Of a DNA stretch of 64,000 nucleotides, positions 39,501 through 50,765 are shown in pieces. Source of the stretch: Klebsormidium nitens (lineage: Eukaryota; Plantae; Klebsormidiophyceae). How positions within the stretch are numbered: the stretch's first letter is position 1; each line of letters opens with the position of its first letter. Below the pieces are notes generated by a model. That model saw only the letters and a program-made list of their open reading frames with translations, was not told the origin of the DNA and made no database searches. The DNA lies in the NCBI GenBank assembly GCA_000708835.1, contig DF237114.1, forward strand, positions 62,001-126,000, read 5' to 3'. A program made the position numbers and the translations under genes.

Positions 39501-42500
39501 ATTTTGGCTTCAGAAGGCTCGTCAGCCATGAGGTCAGCACGCGTCGACAGAGATGGCCACGGGTGGGGCCCACTTCAGCGGCTCTGTCGGCTGCTGATCG
39601 AGCGGGCGCATCCTTAGCTAACAACTTATGAAGCTGTTGTAATTGCTGAAGAACGTTCCGGTCCACATGATGCCAACTTTGACTAACTAGACAACTTTAA
39701 ATTCCAGGGATCGCTCAGCCGCAGCCCGTTATTCCGGCGCCCGTGTACCCGCCGCAGCCCATTTCCCCGCCGGAGCCCGTTTCCCCGCCGGAGAACTTGG
39801 TTATCTGCCCGCCGGCACCCCCTCGCCCCGAGCCGGTTCCAATGCCGATCCCGGTTAACCCGCCCGTCAACCCGGCCCCCATTAACCCGGCGCCTGTGGC
39901 CCCGCCGACCGTTGCGGGGCCCACCCTGGATGCATCGGGCAACCTCCCAGCAGACACAAAGAGTCTCCTGAGTGAGTTTTGGAAGACGGATGAGTTTTGG
40001 AGGACGGATGCTTCACTTACTTGAACACTTTTGACGACTACATAAACAGAAAGTAGAGTGACAGGTCCTCAATGAGAAGGTGTGTGCCGCTTCAAAGTTG
40101 CTTCCTCTAACGCTATTCCCTCTATGATGACCAGCAGTTCTGAAATCGCACAGAATTTTGGCGTGGAAAAGTGTCCGCGACTCCAGAGACTCATTCACCG
40201 ATCACGAAAGGTCACGCTTTCCAACGAGAAGCTCGTCAGCCAATCTTCTCCCACCAGGCCCGCTGAGCGCTAAAACCTTTTGAAATTCTCCAGGTTGAAA
40301 TCTTGCTATTTGTCTTGCTAATATGTTGACCAGTGTCCATTCTGAGGTCGCGCTTAGTAGTCATGCTTAACGACACCTTCCTTTCAGTCCACGAGGATTA
40401 ACATTCTAACTTTGAGCGGCGCAAACGCTATTGTCATCAAGCAGCAGGGATTCGCCTGAAACAGCCTGGCGGAGGATCAGCTGCGCTGATCACAAAACGA
40501 ACTGCGCGTTTAACAGACTGGTTCTCGTTCTCGTTTTCATCTTCGCAGAAATTACCGCAAGTCCTTCTCCATCATTGTCAAAAGACGGCGTCCCCAATGA
40601 TGAGACCTTGTTGAAACTTAATCTTCGCGGAAGCGTGCTCACTTCTGCTTTTCTGACGTCTCCGAAACTTTGCTGACGTCTCTCAAACTTCCTTCTCTCA
40701 GGGAACTGGGACTTCGAAGAGGAGAGTGACGCAGTCAAAGCAGCGTGCAAGAATGGGGCTTACCGCGCCGGAACCTCAAGCAAGGACATCACCTATTGGA
40801 AAATCACCAAAGGCGAGGTTGAGCTTATTGGCAGCGGTTATATTCGTGCTGCGCACGGTGACTACTACGTGGATGTCAACGGGTGGGGGAACGGCGGCAT
40901 CGAGCAGGTTAGACGCTAACGCAAACTGGGTTAACGCGTGGTTAAGCGCATTCCTCAGCGGCTGGAAACGCGGCAGTTCGAGCACGTGAATGCGCTGTTG
41001 AGTTCGTTTAACTCTCGGAAACCCAGATTAGTGAGTGCGCCAGGTGTTCTGTTCCCATTCTCAACTCTGTTCGGGTGGCTGTGGCAGAATATTCGGTTTG
41101 CTAGCTGCCAAGTACAGGTTTGAACGTCTCAATCTTGTATTGTTACCTTCCAACTGGCGATAGTGGCGCCCTCGTCTTGTGACCCATGGTTTGTGACTGA
41201 AAAGAAGGTTTTCCAGCGGGTATCTATGTTAAAACCTCATGCTGAAACCGCTATTCAATTGAATCTTTTGTCCGACCAAAAGGATCTGAACAATCTACAC
41301 GATTTCTGACCAGAGACACAGGAATCTTTTCCCCTGTTAACTATCTTTGGTCACCCGCCCTTCAACCAGCTTCTCCTTGCTAGAAAACCGCTTAACTGGA
41401 GAATAACCAAGCTCGGTGACTGCAATGTTCCCCCTTTCAGAGTGGCCTGGACCCTAACCCAACCTCGTTTCATTCATGTACCGCAGTCATTTGACACCGA
41501 GCGTGGTGCCACTTACACCGTCACCTTCTCCCTCGCGGCCAACCCCGAACACGTGGGAACCGACATCGTCCACGTGTCCGTGGGCGACGTCAGCCAGCCG
41601 TTCACCAGCACCAGGTCGCCGTTCAACAAGGCGGCGGGCCTGCCTTACCCCATTGACTGGAAGGACAACACGTTCGTCTTCACGGCGCAAGAGTCGGTCT
41701 CGACCATCAAGTTCGAGACGCCTTATGCGAACAAGTCGCCGTACGGAGCTTGCATCGACAACATCAGGATCGTCAAGGGTGAGCCGGCTCTAGCTTGGGG
41801 AGGGCAATTTGGCTGTCTGTAACCACAATGATTTTTGGCGGTTAACCATAGTTGGTTACGGGCTGGTTTGGAGCTGGTCAACCGTCCAAGGACCAGACTC
41901 GAGCACTGTGACCAGGTTTCTAACATGGCTATAACGCGGTTATTGGTCAAGGAAGCAGACTGAAGATGGGTTAGCGAACCTGGTTGGCAGCCAAACCTTC
42001 CTGTGAACAACAATAATGGTCAGATATTATACTTCTGTGGCGCAACAGTGTTTTCATCTCTGCACGTACGGGTTAGGGAGGCGGTTGCCCAGCTGCTGTG
42101 CTTCAAGGAAAGAGAAGAGAGAAACGAACATGAATCATAAGAGGGGCATGATCCTGCAAGTTATGATCGGCAGAGAAAAAACATCCCGTGTTTTCACGGA
42201 AGCAGCGCTTGTCTTGCCTACGCTCACTTCGATTTCTCATTTGCGTCTCTTCCAACTATGCAGGTGGTGTGCCGAATCCCCCACCCCGCAACCTCATCAG
42301 TGAGTCTGTTCACATCAGTTCCGGAATTTGCTGCATTGATGACGCAGCTCGTGTCTCTTTTGAACGCATAAGGCTTGCACTTGGCACACACGGTCACAGG
42401 AGGTTTTGCCTGCTAAGCAGGTTGTTTCTCAGATCTGAGTCTCGGGTTAGCGAACAGTCATCCGGGCGTCAAAATTGTTCGATAGCGCCCAAGTTAATCA

Positions 42501-44450
42501 TAGATGATTATGGGCTGTTTAGAAAGTGGTTTCCTGTTCGATGAATGAACTTTCTAAACAGCCCATAATCATCTATGATTTAAGGGCCAGAAATTTCTGT
42601 GGGTCTGTCCGGCTTTCATCTACTTTGTGGGAGACACTCACACTGCATCCAGATCTGTTGATGTCACTCGCTTACGTCACAGTCCTAGCTAATCCCACTT
42701 GAGCAGTGTGCGTCTGGTTCGTAGGTAGACGGTTTGTATCTAGTCAAATGCAAGTATCCCTTGTCTACTCGAGCGCACGTCCACAGGATTATCTGGCTCC
42801 TAAGCAGGCTGCTTATCAGACTCAGGTTTCAACAACGGCTATCGAACCTTCTTCAAAATCTGGTAGTCCCAAATTTGGTACCAGGATCGGTTCCAGCTCA
42901 CCGCCAGTTCATAAGCATCCACGCTTTGCTTGGCTATCCCCCGCTTGTCACCATCCATGGTTTAGGTACAATTCGTGATTCCTTCCTTGTAACGCTGTTC
43001 GTCCTGACTGTCCGCTCTCCACCCGCGCTCTTTGCGGTGCCCCCCTCGGACCTTCAGCTCCACGGGCGCGGGACTTTTTGATGAGCGCGCGCGCGCGCGC
43101 CTTCCACACTCTCGCTTCCAGGCGCGCGCCTACTCGCGCCCTTCAAAAAGACCCAACGCGCACTCCCGCTTCTTGCAGAGAACGGCGACTTTGAGGAGGT
43201 GACCACCACCATCGCTGACCAGTCGCAGGACTACAAAGTGATCTTAAAGGGCCAAAGTCACATCACCCACTGGGACATCACCAAGGACAGCGTGGATCTC
43301 ATCCACCGCGGGCCTTGGGGCTTCGGCCAGTCTGGGGACTACTTCATTGACCTCAACGGCAATGGGCCCGGCGCAATTGAGCAGGTGAGCGCCCACTAAC
43401 TAACTTTAATCGCTGGATCCACGCCTCTCCGTATGGTAAATAGTTTTGTCCGCACCCCTAGTTGAGAGACAGATGGGCCCGGCGCAATTGAGCAGGTGAG
43501 AGCCCACTAAGTGACTTGCATGAGCGCTGGATCCACTCTCTTCTTCTCCGCACCTCTAGTTGAGAGACGGGTCCCATTTGCGGTTCGTCAATGGCGACGG
43601 GCCCGGTGCAATTGAGCAGGTAAGAGCCCACTTACTGGCTGGATCCACGCCACTCCGTATGCTGATTCTTATTTTAGCACCTCTTGTTGAGAGACAGGTG
43701 TCCCATCCGTGGTTCGTCAATGGCAACGGGCCCGGTGCGATTGAGCAGGTCGTGAGCGCCCACTTACTGACTTAGGCGGCGGATGGATTCATGCTTCGGG
43801 TGATCTTCTGTTCTGCATCTCTGCTTCAGAGACAGGGGTCTTCTTCTCCGCACGTACCCCTATTTGAGAAACAGGTGTCTTCTTCTCCATGGTTAGGAGC
43901 CAGATCTTTCTTTCCTGCATTTCCTCTTCCCGCCGACTTGACACCGTCCCGAACGGCCAGTACACTGCACACTCGCAGTGTGAAGCCCAGCTATGTTCTT
44001 TTCTCCCGCAGAATTTCGACACCGTCGCCAACAAACGGTACACCGTCCACCCTTTCAGTGTCAAGCCCAGCTAGGTCCTTGAACATTCTCTTTTTCCCGC
44101 AGACCTTTGACACCGTCCCCGGGCAGACGTACACCGTCCGCTTCGCCATGGCGGGTCACCCCGGTCTGGGTAACAGCCGGGTCGGTCAGACCCGGCCCTT
44201 CACCGTCACGGTCGCTGACGTCACCAAGAACCTGGAGACTACCCCGGGGCGGGCCGCGACCGACATCGACTGGAAGACCGTGACGTTCGAGTTCACCGCC
44301 AAGGAGAACACGTCGACGCTCAAGTTCGAGAGTCGGGAAACCAAGGACGCTTGGTGGGGCGCGTACATTGACAACGTTGCAGTGACAGAGTCTGCGCTGG
44401 CTGGGAATATTGCGGAAGTGCGCCCGCAAGCGAGGTTCCTGTCCAGATAG
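18514..44450 (+). CDS. Giant multi-exon Gly/Gln-rich repetitive protein with five beta-grasp-like repeats and two DUF642/choice-of-anchor-C-like domains (5' end unresolved, about 1,920 aa)
   Basis: 43 GT-AG-bounded exons join in one frame: 18514-18665, 19189-19275, 20066-20149, 20552-20671, 21005-21088, 21517-21600, 21986-22069, 22294-22365, 22829-22936, 23358-23429, 23794-23892, 24263-24319, 24816-24911, 25190-25273, 25900-25998, 26152-26223, 26660-26755, 26981-27037, 27314-27421, 27738-27800, 28023-28127, 28608-28652, 29071-29280, 29927-30007, 30468-30689, 30996-31112, 32044-32259, 33042-33101, 33419-33475, 33856-33984, 34559-34753, 35179-35541, 35991-36194, 36743-36820, 37360-37572, 37975-38058, 38875-39138, 39708-39971, 40702-40907, 41487-41778, 42264-42299, 43179-43384, 44103-44450 (TAG). 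They sum to 5,773 nt. Repeat exons differ mostly at synonymous positions. Confidence 0.85.
24428..24585. repeat. Intronic tandem duplication, 2 x ~76 bp, period 82
   Basis: GCCCTTGCTTATTCGATTTATTGCATGGCCAAT(C/T)TGCGAAGCTAGCGAATCCTCTT(T/C)TGGCGGTACTACTAGTCCC at 24428 and 24510. Confidence 0.9.
24943..25070. repeat. Intronic degenerate 7-mer minisatellite (CTCCGCT)n
   Basis: Run of CTCCGCT/CTGCGCT/CTCGCT variants. Confidence 0.8.
27672..27714. repeat. Degenerate interstitial telomere-like (CCCTAAAA)n tract in an intron
   Basis: CCCTAAAA CCCCAAAA ATTCTAAAA CCATAAAA CCCTAAAA, just upstream of the 27738 acceptor. Confidence 0.45.
32044..39138 (+). other. Five exon-encoded ~60-aa homologous domains (putative ubiquitin-like beta-grasp fold) within the giant gene
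   Basis: Exons 32044-32259, 34559-34753, 35991-36194, 37360-37572 and 38875-39138 share the pattern [VI]x[VI]...QT[AV]xxx[LV]xx[LF]...GxGxL...[ND]G..L.....[LV]..G..YxF. Confidence 0.7.
40702..41778 (+). other. DUF642 / choice-of-anchor-C-like (galactose-binding-like jelly-roll) domain 1
   Basis: LL(R)NWDFEE...ITYWKITKGEVELIG...GDYYVDVNGWGNGGIEQ|SFDTERGATYTVTFSLAANP...IDWKDNTFVFTAQESVSTIKF...YGACIDNIRI matches the family pattern NGxFE...W.V..G.VD...DLNG...G.I.Q.F.T..G..Y.V.F.LA.NP...GP.LDNV as I recall it. Confidence 0.8.
42496..42580. repeat. Perfect 32-bp inverted repeat hairpin (21-nt loop), possible Tourist-like mini-MITE
   Basis: AATCATAGATGATTATGGGCTGTTTAGAAAGT (42496-42527) is the exact reverse complement of 42549-42580. 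TTA occurs at 42494-96 and 42580-82. Confidence 0.85.
43361..44102 (+). repeat. Intronic tandem copies of the upstream exon end plus donor (3 extra) and of the downstream acceptor plus exon start (2 extra)
   Basis: GGGCCCGG(C/T)GC(A/G)ATTGAGCAG|GT ends at 43384 (functional), 43495, 43619 and 43748. GACACCGTC-containing exon-start copies lie at ~43935 and ~44011, before the real acceptor at 44102. Confidence 0.9.
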
Positions 44451-45363
44451 AGTGGGGATGTCGCGGCGGTTTGAGCGGGGATTGGGGGATGCACGAAGTG
44501 GGCACAGCAGGGAGTTGGGAATGTGTTGTGTGAGCTGGGAAAAGAGACGCGCTCGAATGCGAAGGAAAAGTTTTGTAGTAGTGTGGAAGTTGTTTTTTCT
44601 CCACATTTGGTTTGGGTTAGTGCAGCGGATTGTGTTGCGGGTTGGCGAGATTTGGGGGGCAGTTTTGGGTTTGGTTATAGCTCCCAGTTTTGGATGAACG
44701 GAGACTGTATGAGTGAAATATCTGGGGTAGATGTATACTCCAGACGTCGTAGAGTGTTTAACTTGGGTGGGGGATGGTTAGTTGTGATGCGTAATCAGTG
44801 CGGCTTTGTTGTCAGCCGGAAAACTTTGAACACGTGTACCATACCTTCAATTCCTGAATACGAAAACTTTTGATTGTTTTACGACGGTTACAATCCGTGC
44901 GATGTGGAGATGTATGATTTGCCGGTCAATTCAAATACATGGAGTAGTTTTCTTCGCTTAAGTTACAGACCCGCAAATCGCAACAATCCCGTTATGATCC
45001 ACTGTTTAAAAAGCTCTGCCCAGATCAATTCCGAACTTCAGAACGAAATTGCAGTTCAGACAGGTCTGGATGGGATTCGGACACGTTCCGGACTCACTGG
45101 ACCAAACTGTGGCGGTTTTATTTTGGACCTTATTCATTTCGAATTCGCACTCTCAGGCTGTTCGGACTCGTTCTATCCCACATAATCCATCTGAATCAAT
45201 CATTTCAGATCCAATTGTGGACTTGGAAACGTGTCTTAGTCAGGACTGAGTGGGATTCGAAAGCGCTTCTGAATCCGAGGTTCGGATCAGGCTATGTCTG
45301 TTGAGCTGTTGGAATCCGCTGCTGCGTAAAAGGCTTTGTCAAACCTCGGATTCAGTTTCGAGA

Positions 45364-46533
45364 CCTACGCTAGCTTATCAAAGGGAGCGCGGGTGCGCGG
45401 CCTCGTCGTGAGATCTGGTGACCAATTCCACGGCCGGGTGACTCGTTCACTTGGGTTCGCGTAGGAGAATGAAAGAGCAACGCGGAACCGGCTGCAAATT
45501 CTAGGCAATCCGCAAATACATCCTCGACCCAGCAAGCGAACGGCTGAGAGGAGTTCGTACCGGCTGTCATGCACAGCTTGGAGTCGAACAAAGAACCCGC
45601 TTCAATCGAATTCACGAATTCCTGAAAATTGGTGAATGCTTTCCGGAATGATCTTAAATTGCGAGACGAGGCTGCTTGGTACGATAATCTCGGCTATCGA
45701 TGAAGCTTAGGCGGCTGCAAGTTTTCGTGGCTCCGCAGCAGAGCTCGCCAAGAAGCTGCTCACAACGTTGGGCTGTTTATTACGCTAGGGCGATCCCGCA
45801 TCATCGCAAAGAGCTTGAAAAGCAGGCTGACCAGAAAGGACTTCTGCCATTGAGGATCGAATGCTGCACACTTGTTCGACGAAGATTCGAAAGATGATCG
45901 TTAGGGATGGGATCCGCAGCATGTGCGTATGCGAAAGCCTGTGGGCCGGACCTCCAGCTCAGCAACGTTGGCATCAGCACTGCTATTGAGTACCGGCTTG
46001 TGCAACGAGGCATCTGATCTCTTTGCTGTGTCCTGAACTTCCGATACTATCCTGCTTCCGGAGTTTTCTAGTGTCGAGTTTCTCAACTCTGCAACTAGAA
46101 GTTCTGGACTTCCCGGTCTTTCAAACATTCTCAGCGTACCGGCCCTTGAGTTTTCCGTCCTTCAATTGCGGCTGCGCATCTTCGACTTGTTTCCAGTGCG
46201 GCAGCTTTTCTCCTGTCCGTTCAATCTCGTCTAGGGCTCGTCTACAATTCATCGCAGACCTTTCAGCTCAACGAGGAATTATGTGACGGTCCAATCGATC
46301 CGTCAACGCCTGGCACGTCTTCTCGCGCGCCTTTCTGACCGGTTCGGTCTCCACCAGGATCGCGACGAGACTCGACCTGCATCAGTTTGACCTTGAAGGA
46401 ACTCGACATGATAGCACGTCGATGTAAGCCGTTAACGGTGTTCAGGGAGACTGGGATACCATCACGGTTCCCACACTGTCAAGAAGGCGGCCAGGCAAAA
46501 CGGCCGCCGCCCGACTTTTGTTTGATTCGCAGT
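45364..46533 (-). pseudogene. Disrupted ORF of unknown family
   Basis: A protein-like frame (AILVETEPVRKAREKTCQALTDRLDRHIIPR*AERSAMNCRRALDEIERTGEKLPHWKQVED...) is broken by several stops. A donor at 46707 and an acceptor at 46534 lie upstream. No family recognised. Confidence 0.3.
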
Positions 46534-47595
46534 CTGTAAGAACGAACATGAGAGGCACGAGCGCGCCGTGGACTCACACTCGTCTTACTGCTTGCGTACG
46601 TGCAGGTCCACATGCATGATGATATGAAATTTGTTACATGGACGATCGAGGGAAGGTTGAAGGAACGTATGCATGGCCGAAGCACGTACGTTTGGAAACC
46701 TACTTACCTCATGCCCACCGTTGCCGCGCGCGCGCGGGCCTATATAAAATGCATGCAACGTGAATGATCTTGGGCCGACCGTCGATTGAACGGGGATCAG
46801 GGTGACTGGCATGCAGTGCACACATGGCATGCGAACTAAGTTGATTGGGTCGGAACGGGCTCATATATATAAGCTTATTCAAGAGAATTCAGTGAGCCTC
46901 GACGAGTCATGCACGCTTAATTTTCAAGTAGAAATGCGAGCATGCGATGCAGTGCAAATTTTACCATCATATACCCAATTCAAGCAATGGCTACTCCGAG
47001 TACTGTGTCGATTGCATTGTGTGACCACGTGCGGCACGTTGCATGAGCTTCAAATGATGTCGGAAATTGACGAAGTGATATCCAACACAACCTGGCCGTA
47101 ACTAAAGTTGAAAGATTGGTGCATGCCTGGTTAAAGCAGAACATATGCATGGGGCTTAAACCATGACACTGATGCACATGCATGATCGAACCCAAAATTT
47201 CAAGTAATGCAACTCTGAACCACGAAGCAATGTAACTTCTTGCATTTGCTCTGACCGTACAAATACCCGCTGCGCCAGTTGAACAGATTCTGTAACTACG
47301 ATTCGAAACCGTCCTTCTCAGTGTCCGACAACCAGCCTCCCTGTACTCGAACTGACACCGTCCTGCTTGCCTGCTACTGCGCTGTTCTCTCTAACCTGAC
47401 TCAATCATTACCCCCGTGTCTATTCCTAAGCGGCTGCAATTGTGGAGGATTATTGCACAAAAGAATCTGCATGCTGTTTCCGCGACGAAATTGCCATCCC
47501 GGCTTATCCGGACAAGCCAGGAGGAGTCGCTCAGCACCCTCTATGGCACATAATCTTTGTTCTTCTTTTTAAAACTGCTTTTTTTTAGCAATGAA

Positions 47596-50352
47596 TCAAA
47601 CGCCGGACCAACCACTTGCGGCTTTTGTAAACGCCTCGTTGATCCCCTTCGCATCCTTTGCATATATGTACACTTTGCTCATCTTGTTCTCCTCGAAGAA
47701 AAAGATGTACCCGAGATCTGTTTCGTACGTCTTGCCAGTCGCGCGCACCTGCAGACAAGGAGCAGCAGACCTCTCGGATGAGTAGAGTAGTTGTGAAACC
47801 AACACTCTCCATTTGGATTTTCAGGATCGACGTTCTCTAGAACAAGTTTGATGACACTTTTGAATGCAGATCGTGCCCAGGAAGAACCTCCACCAGTTTC
47901 CGTTACTCTAATCACGGTTCCGATGCGTTGGAGGTTGCAGTTAGATAACCAAACGAGTCCTGGAGATTTCCGCAAAGCTTGAAGCGTTACAAAGAGCAGA
48001 GATACACGTCACTCGATAATAGTAACAATCCATTCCTATACTATTATAAGCCTATCCGTCAGCAAGTGTGTGACATCCGATGCGGCAGATCGGCATAGAC
48101 AACAGTGACTATCTTGACTACCCGGTAGAGGGTAGTCAAGATGGGGTGCAATGAGAGTTCGACAGGAGATAGCGATAGCGACCCGCTCTGGGGCAGTCGC
48201 AAACTTTATCGTGCCAACAAAGCAGTTGCTATTTTGGAAAAAAGCAGCGGTGAAACTTGTCAGGCAGGGGTGAAGCGAGCATGTCTGCTTGAAAGCCGCT
48301 TTGAAGCTGCCTTGAACTTCGAAAAAGCAAGGTCCAGACATCTCGGGTGCAAACAGGAGGAGAAGAGCGTCACAAACTAAGTGCGTTCAGAACCAACTTC
48401 CTGATGGCGGCCTGTTGGCACCGTCAGAACTAAAAATAGTTGAAAGGAAAAGACTCTGCGTCCTTGACGGCCCTATAGATTCTCACATGCAATCTGCAAT
48501 GGCTCACTGCGGGTCTCGAAATAGGCTTGAACTTTGCAAAAGTGGCAACGACTCGTTCGGTTGCTAACCGCAATCTCTGGTGTCAAGGAAAGGTGACGTA
48601 ACATAAAAAATCCGACCGAGCCGACCACCGCTTAACTTACCAAAGCTTTCTCGAAGCCTTGGCAGGATACCCTATGCCCGTACACACTCACATGGTCCTG
48701 CATCAAAGCACGATGACTTAGTCAGCCGGACATTTTCGCAAGCTTCAAATATCCAGCATCACACAAGCCCTCCGCAGCGCTCGTACACGAAGTCGCCTTC
48801 CAGAGCTCCCCAGAACCCGCCTGAGCTGACCTCAAAAAGTAACCTCGTTGCATTTCAGATTGACTGGCTCAGCGGAACATCTTCTCAAAGCCTTAATAGA
48901 CATAGTTTGGATTAGGTACACAGATTGAAGCCAGTCGCTACAAACAACAATTTTCAACTACGTTTGTTTATTCTCTCCCAGGCAAAAAAGCACCATGTTG
49001 AGCTTTCGGGCAAAGGGCTGGAGCACATTAACGGCAGATAAATCAAGCAGGATGGAACCGAAGACAGGAGATATAAAGGCTGGATGCATGTCCTGGTGAG
49101 AACGAGAGCAGCAACACTCGATCTTCTACTTCAATTTTGGACGACCTGCTTCTTCTTTTTAAAAAGCAGGGGCAGTCTTCTCTACACTCACACTCAAAGG
49201 CAGCCTCTTGGATAAGAAGGAATTACCAACTGCTCCTGCCAAAGAAACCTGACGAACTCTCCGAACGGCCCCCATGGGGGCCTTTGATAATCACTCCGCA
49301 TTGATCCATTTTTAGTGGACAAACGCTCCCTGCCCAGGAGGGAGCCACGTCACTCCATACCTGGCACGATGAGAGGAGTGAGCGGGCGGAGAGAACTGAG
49401 GGGGCAACAAGCCCCCCGTTTGAAGGGAGGCAAGTGGATCGAGTATGTGGTCCTCACCCAGTCCATCTTCGCCTCCTTGACGTCCAACAGCTTTTGGATG
49501 CGTTGCAGGTGCTTCAGCGTGGCCTTTCTCCCTTGCTTAGTCCCAAACAGGGGCGCCTGCCAGAAAGAGAAAGACAGATGTTCAGAGATGTTCAGAGATG
49601 TTCAAAGTCCTAATATCCCAGGAAGAACACTGCAATCAGGACGGATGAAAGGAGCAAGCAGACTCCCAGCAAGCCCTTGCAAGCCCCCTTGGCTGTTATC
49701 CAAGGGATAGACAGTTGACTTCAGAATGTAGAAGGGTCCTTGAACGCTGGCCAGAAGTCCGCGTTGGCCCTTCCATATATGGTCAGTCAACAACGGGGAA
49801 ACAAGGAACCACCTCTACAATCAATCTGTTTAAGGCGACACAAATACCCAGCACCGCAGGCCCTTAAAAGGGAGTGACCCTGAATAAGTCATAACCAGGC
49901 TACTAATTCTGCAGCCCAGACTTTCAACAGCGACAAACCTAAACCTCAAGACCTTGAGAGGAACGACACCCTTCCCTCAGGACCTTGAAAAGCGCGCCTG
50001 CATTTCGCAGCGGCATACGACAAGTGGCCCGGCAAATGTGCCATAGCTGCAGCTCGTGTACATAAGCGGCTATGCATAAGCGGCCCTGCATAAGCACCAA
50101 AAGTGTGAGGCGTCTCTCCAGTTTTGCAACCGCTCTCACCTCCCCTGCGTTCACTCCACTCGCCGCGTAGTTCCACTCAATGTCCTCGCACATTGCATCC
50201 CCTATTGTTTTCCAGTCCCATGAGCTTAGGGCGCTAAAGATTACACATATCAGGCCAACAAGATCTGTGTCTGGTGGCTTTTGACTCGCCCCCTTTTGGC
50301 CTTCCGGTAATCTAAGATCGGCCTTGGCGGCCCCAAGAACAAGGGTCGGCAT
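47596..50352 (-). CDS. SnoaL-like / NTF2-fold (ketosteroid-isomerase-like) protein, about 173 aa, 4 exons
   Basis: Exons 50352-50140, 49556-49458, 48697-48641 and 47748-47596, all phase 0, give ...IFSALSSWDWKTIGDAMCEDIEWNYAASGVNAGE|APLFGTKQGRKATLKHLQRIQKLLDVKEAKMDW|DHVSVYGHRVSCQGFEKAL|VRATGKTYETDLGYIFFFEENKMSKVYIYAKD... This fits the SnoaL pattern (F..GD......D..W...G...G..AV...GD.V...G....VRATGK.FE....F....GKI). The start codon is uncertain. Confidence 0.7.
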
Positions 50353-50765
50353 GAGCTTCAGCGTAAACTATGCCTTTTTATCTAGAAGCAGTAACGAGAG
50401 TCTCCAAATGATTCTGACTTGCCTCGTTCGTGTTCCCTGTGTGTTCACAGCGCCTACTGCTTGTTGTCCCTCGTGACTTATATACTTTTCCTTGGCACCG
50501 GTGACTTCGCTTGACGATCTGGTCTGTACCTTCGACCAACCGCACAAGTTGGTCAGGCACTTGGCCACTTTGAACTTTCTGACGTTGACAAGAGAGAACT
50601 GGCCGGCAATACCCCTTGCAGTGCTCCCTGACCAACACAGGGAAGGCAGTGCGTGATCTGTAGAACCTTGTGGATGGTGGATACAGATCACAAGTGAGCT
50701 CCTGAAGGCTTTAAGTTCAAGCTCAAGCCTCAACTTCAAGGCTGGAGCCTGAGGGCCAGTGAGGC

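Larger units (their letters stand above)
42264..44450 (+). other. DUF642 / choice-of-anchor-C-like domain 2
   Basis: RNLI(K)NGDFEE...ITHWDITKDSVDLIHRGPWGFGQSGDYFIDLNGNGPGAIEQ|TFDTVPGQTYTVRFAMAGHPG...IDWKTVTFEFTAKENTSTLKFES...WWGAYIDNVAV. Confidence 0.85.

Noticed and set aside
45020-45290. Possible MITE downstream of the giant gene
   Set aside because: The inverted matches are short and gapped, and there is no TSD.
45364-46533. Alternative genetic code (TAA/TAG read as Gln) to explain stop-interrupted ORFs
   Set aside because: TAG ends the PYRP2-like, RUS6-like and giant genes at plausible C-termini, and several of the interrupting stops are TGA.
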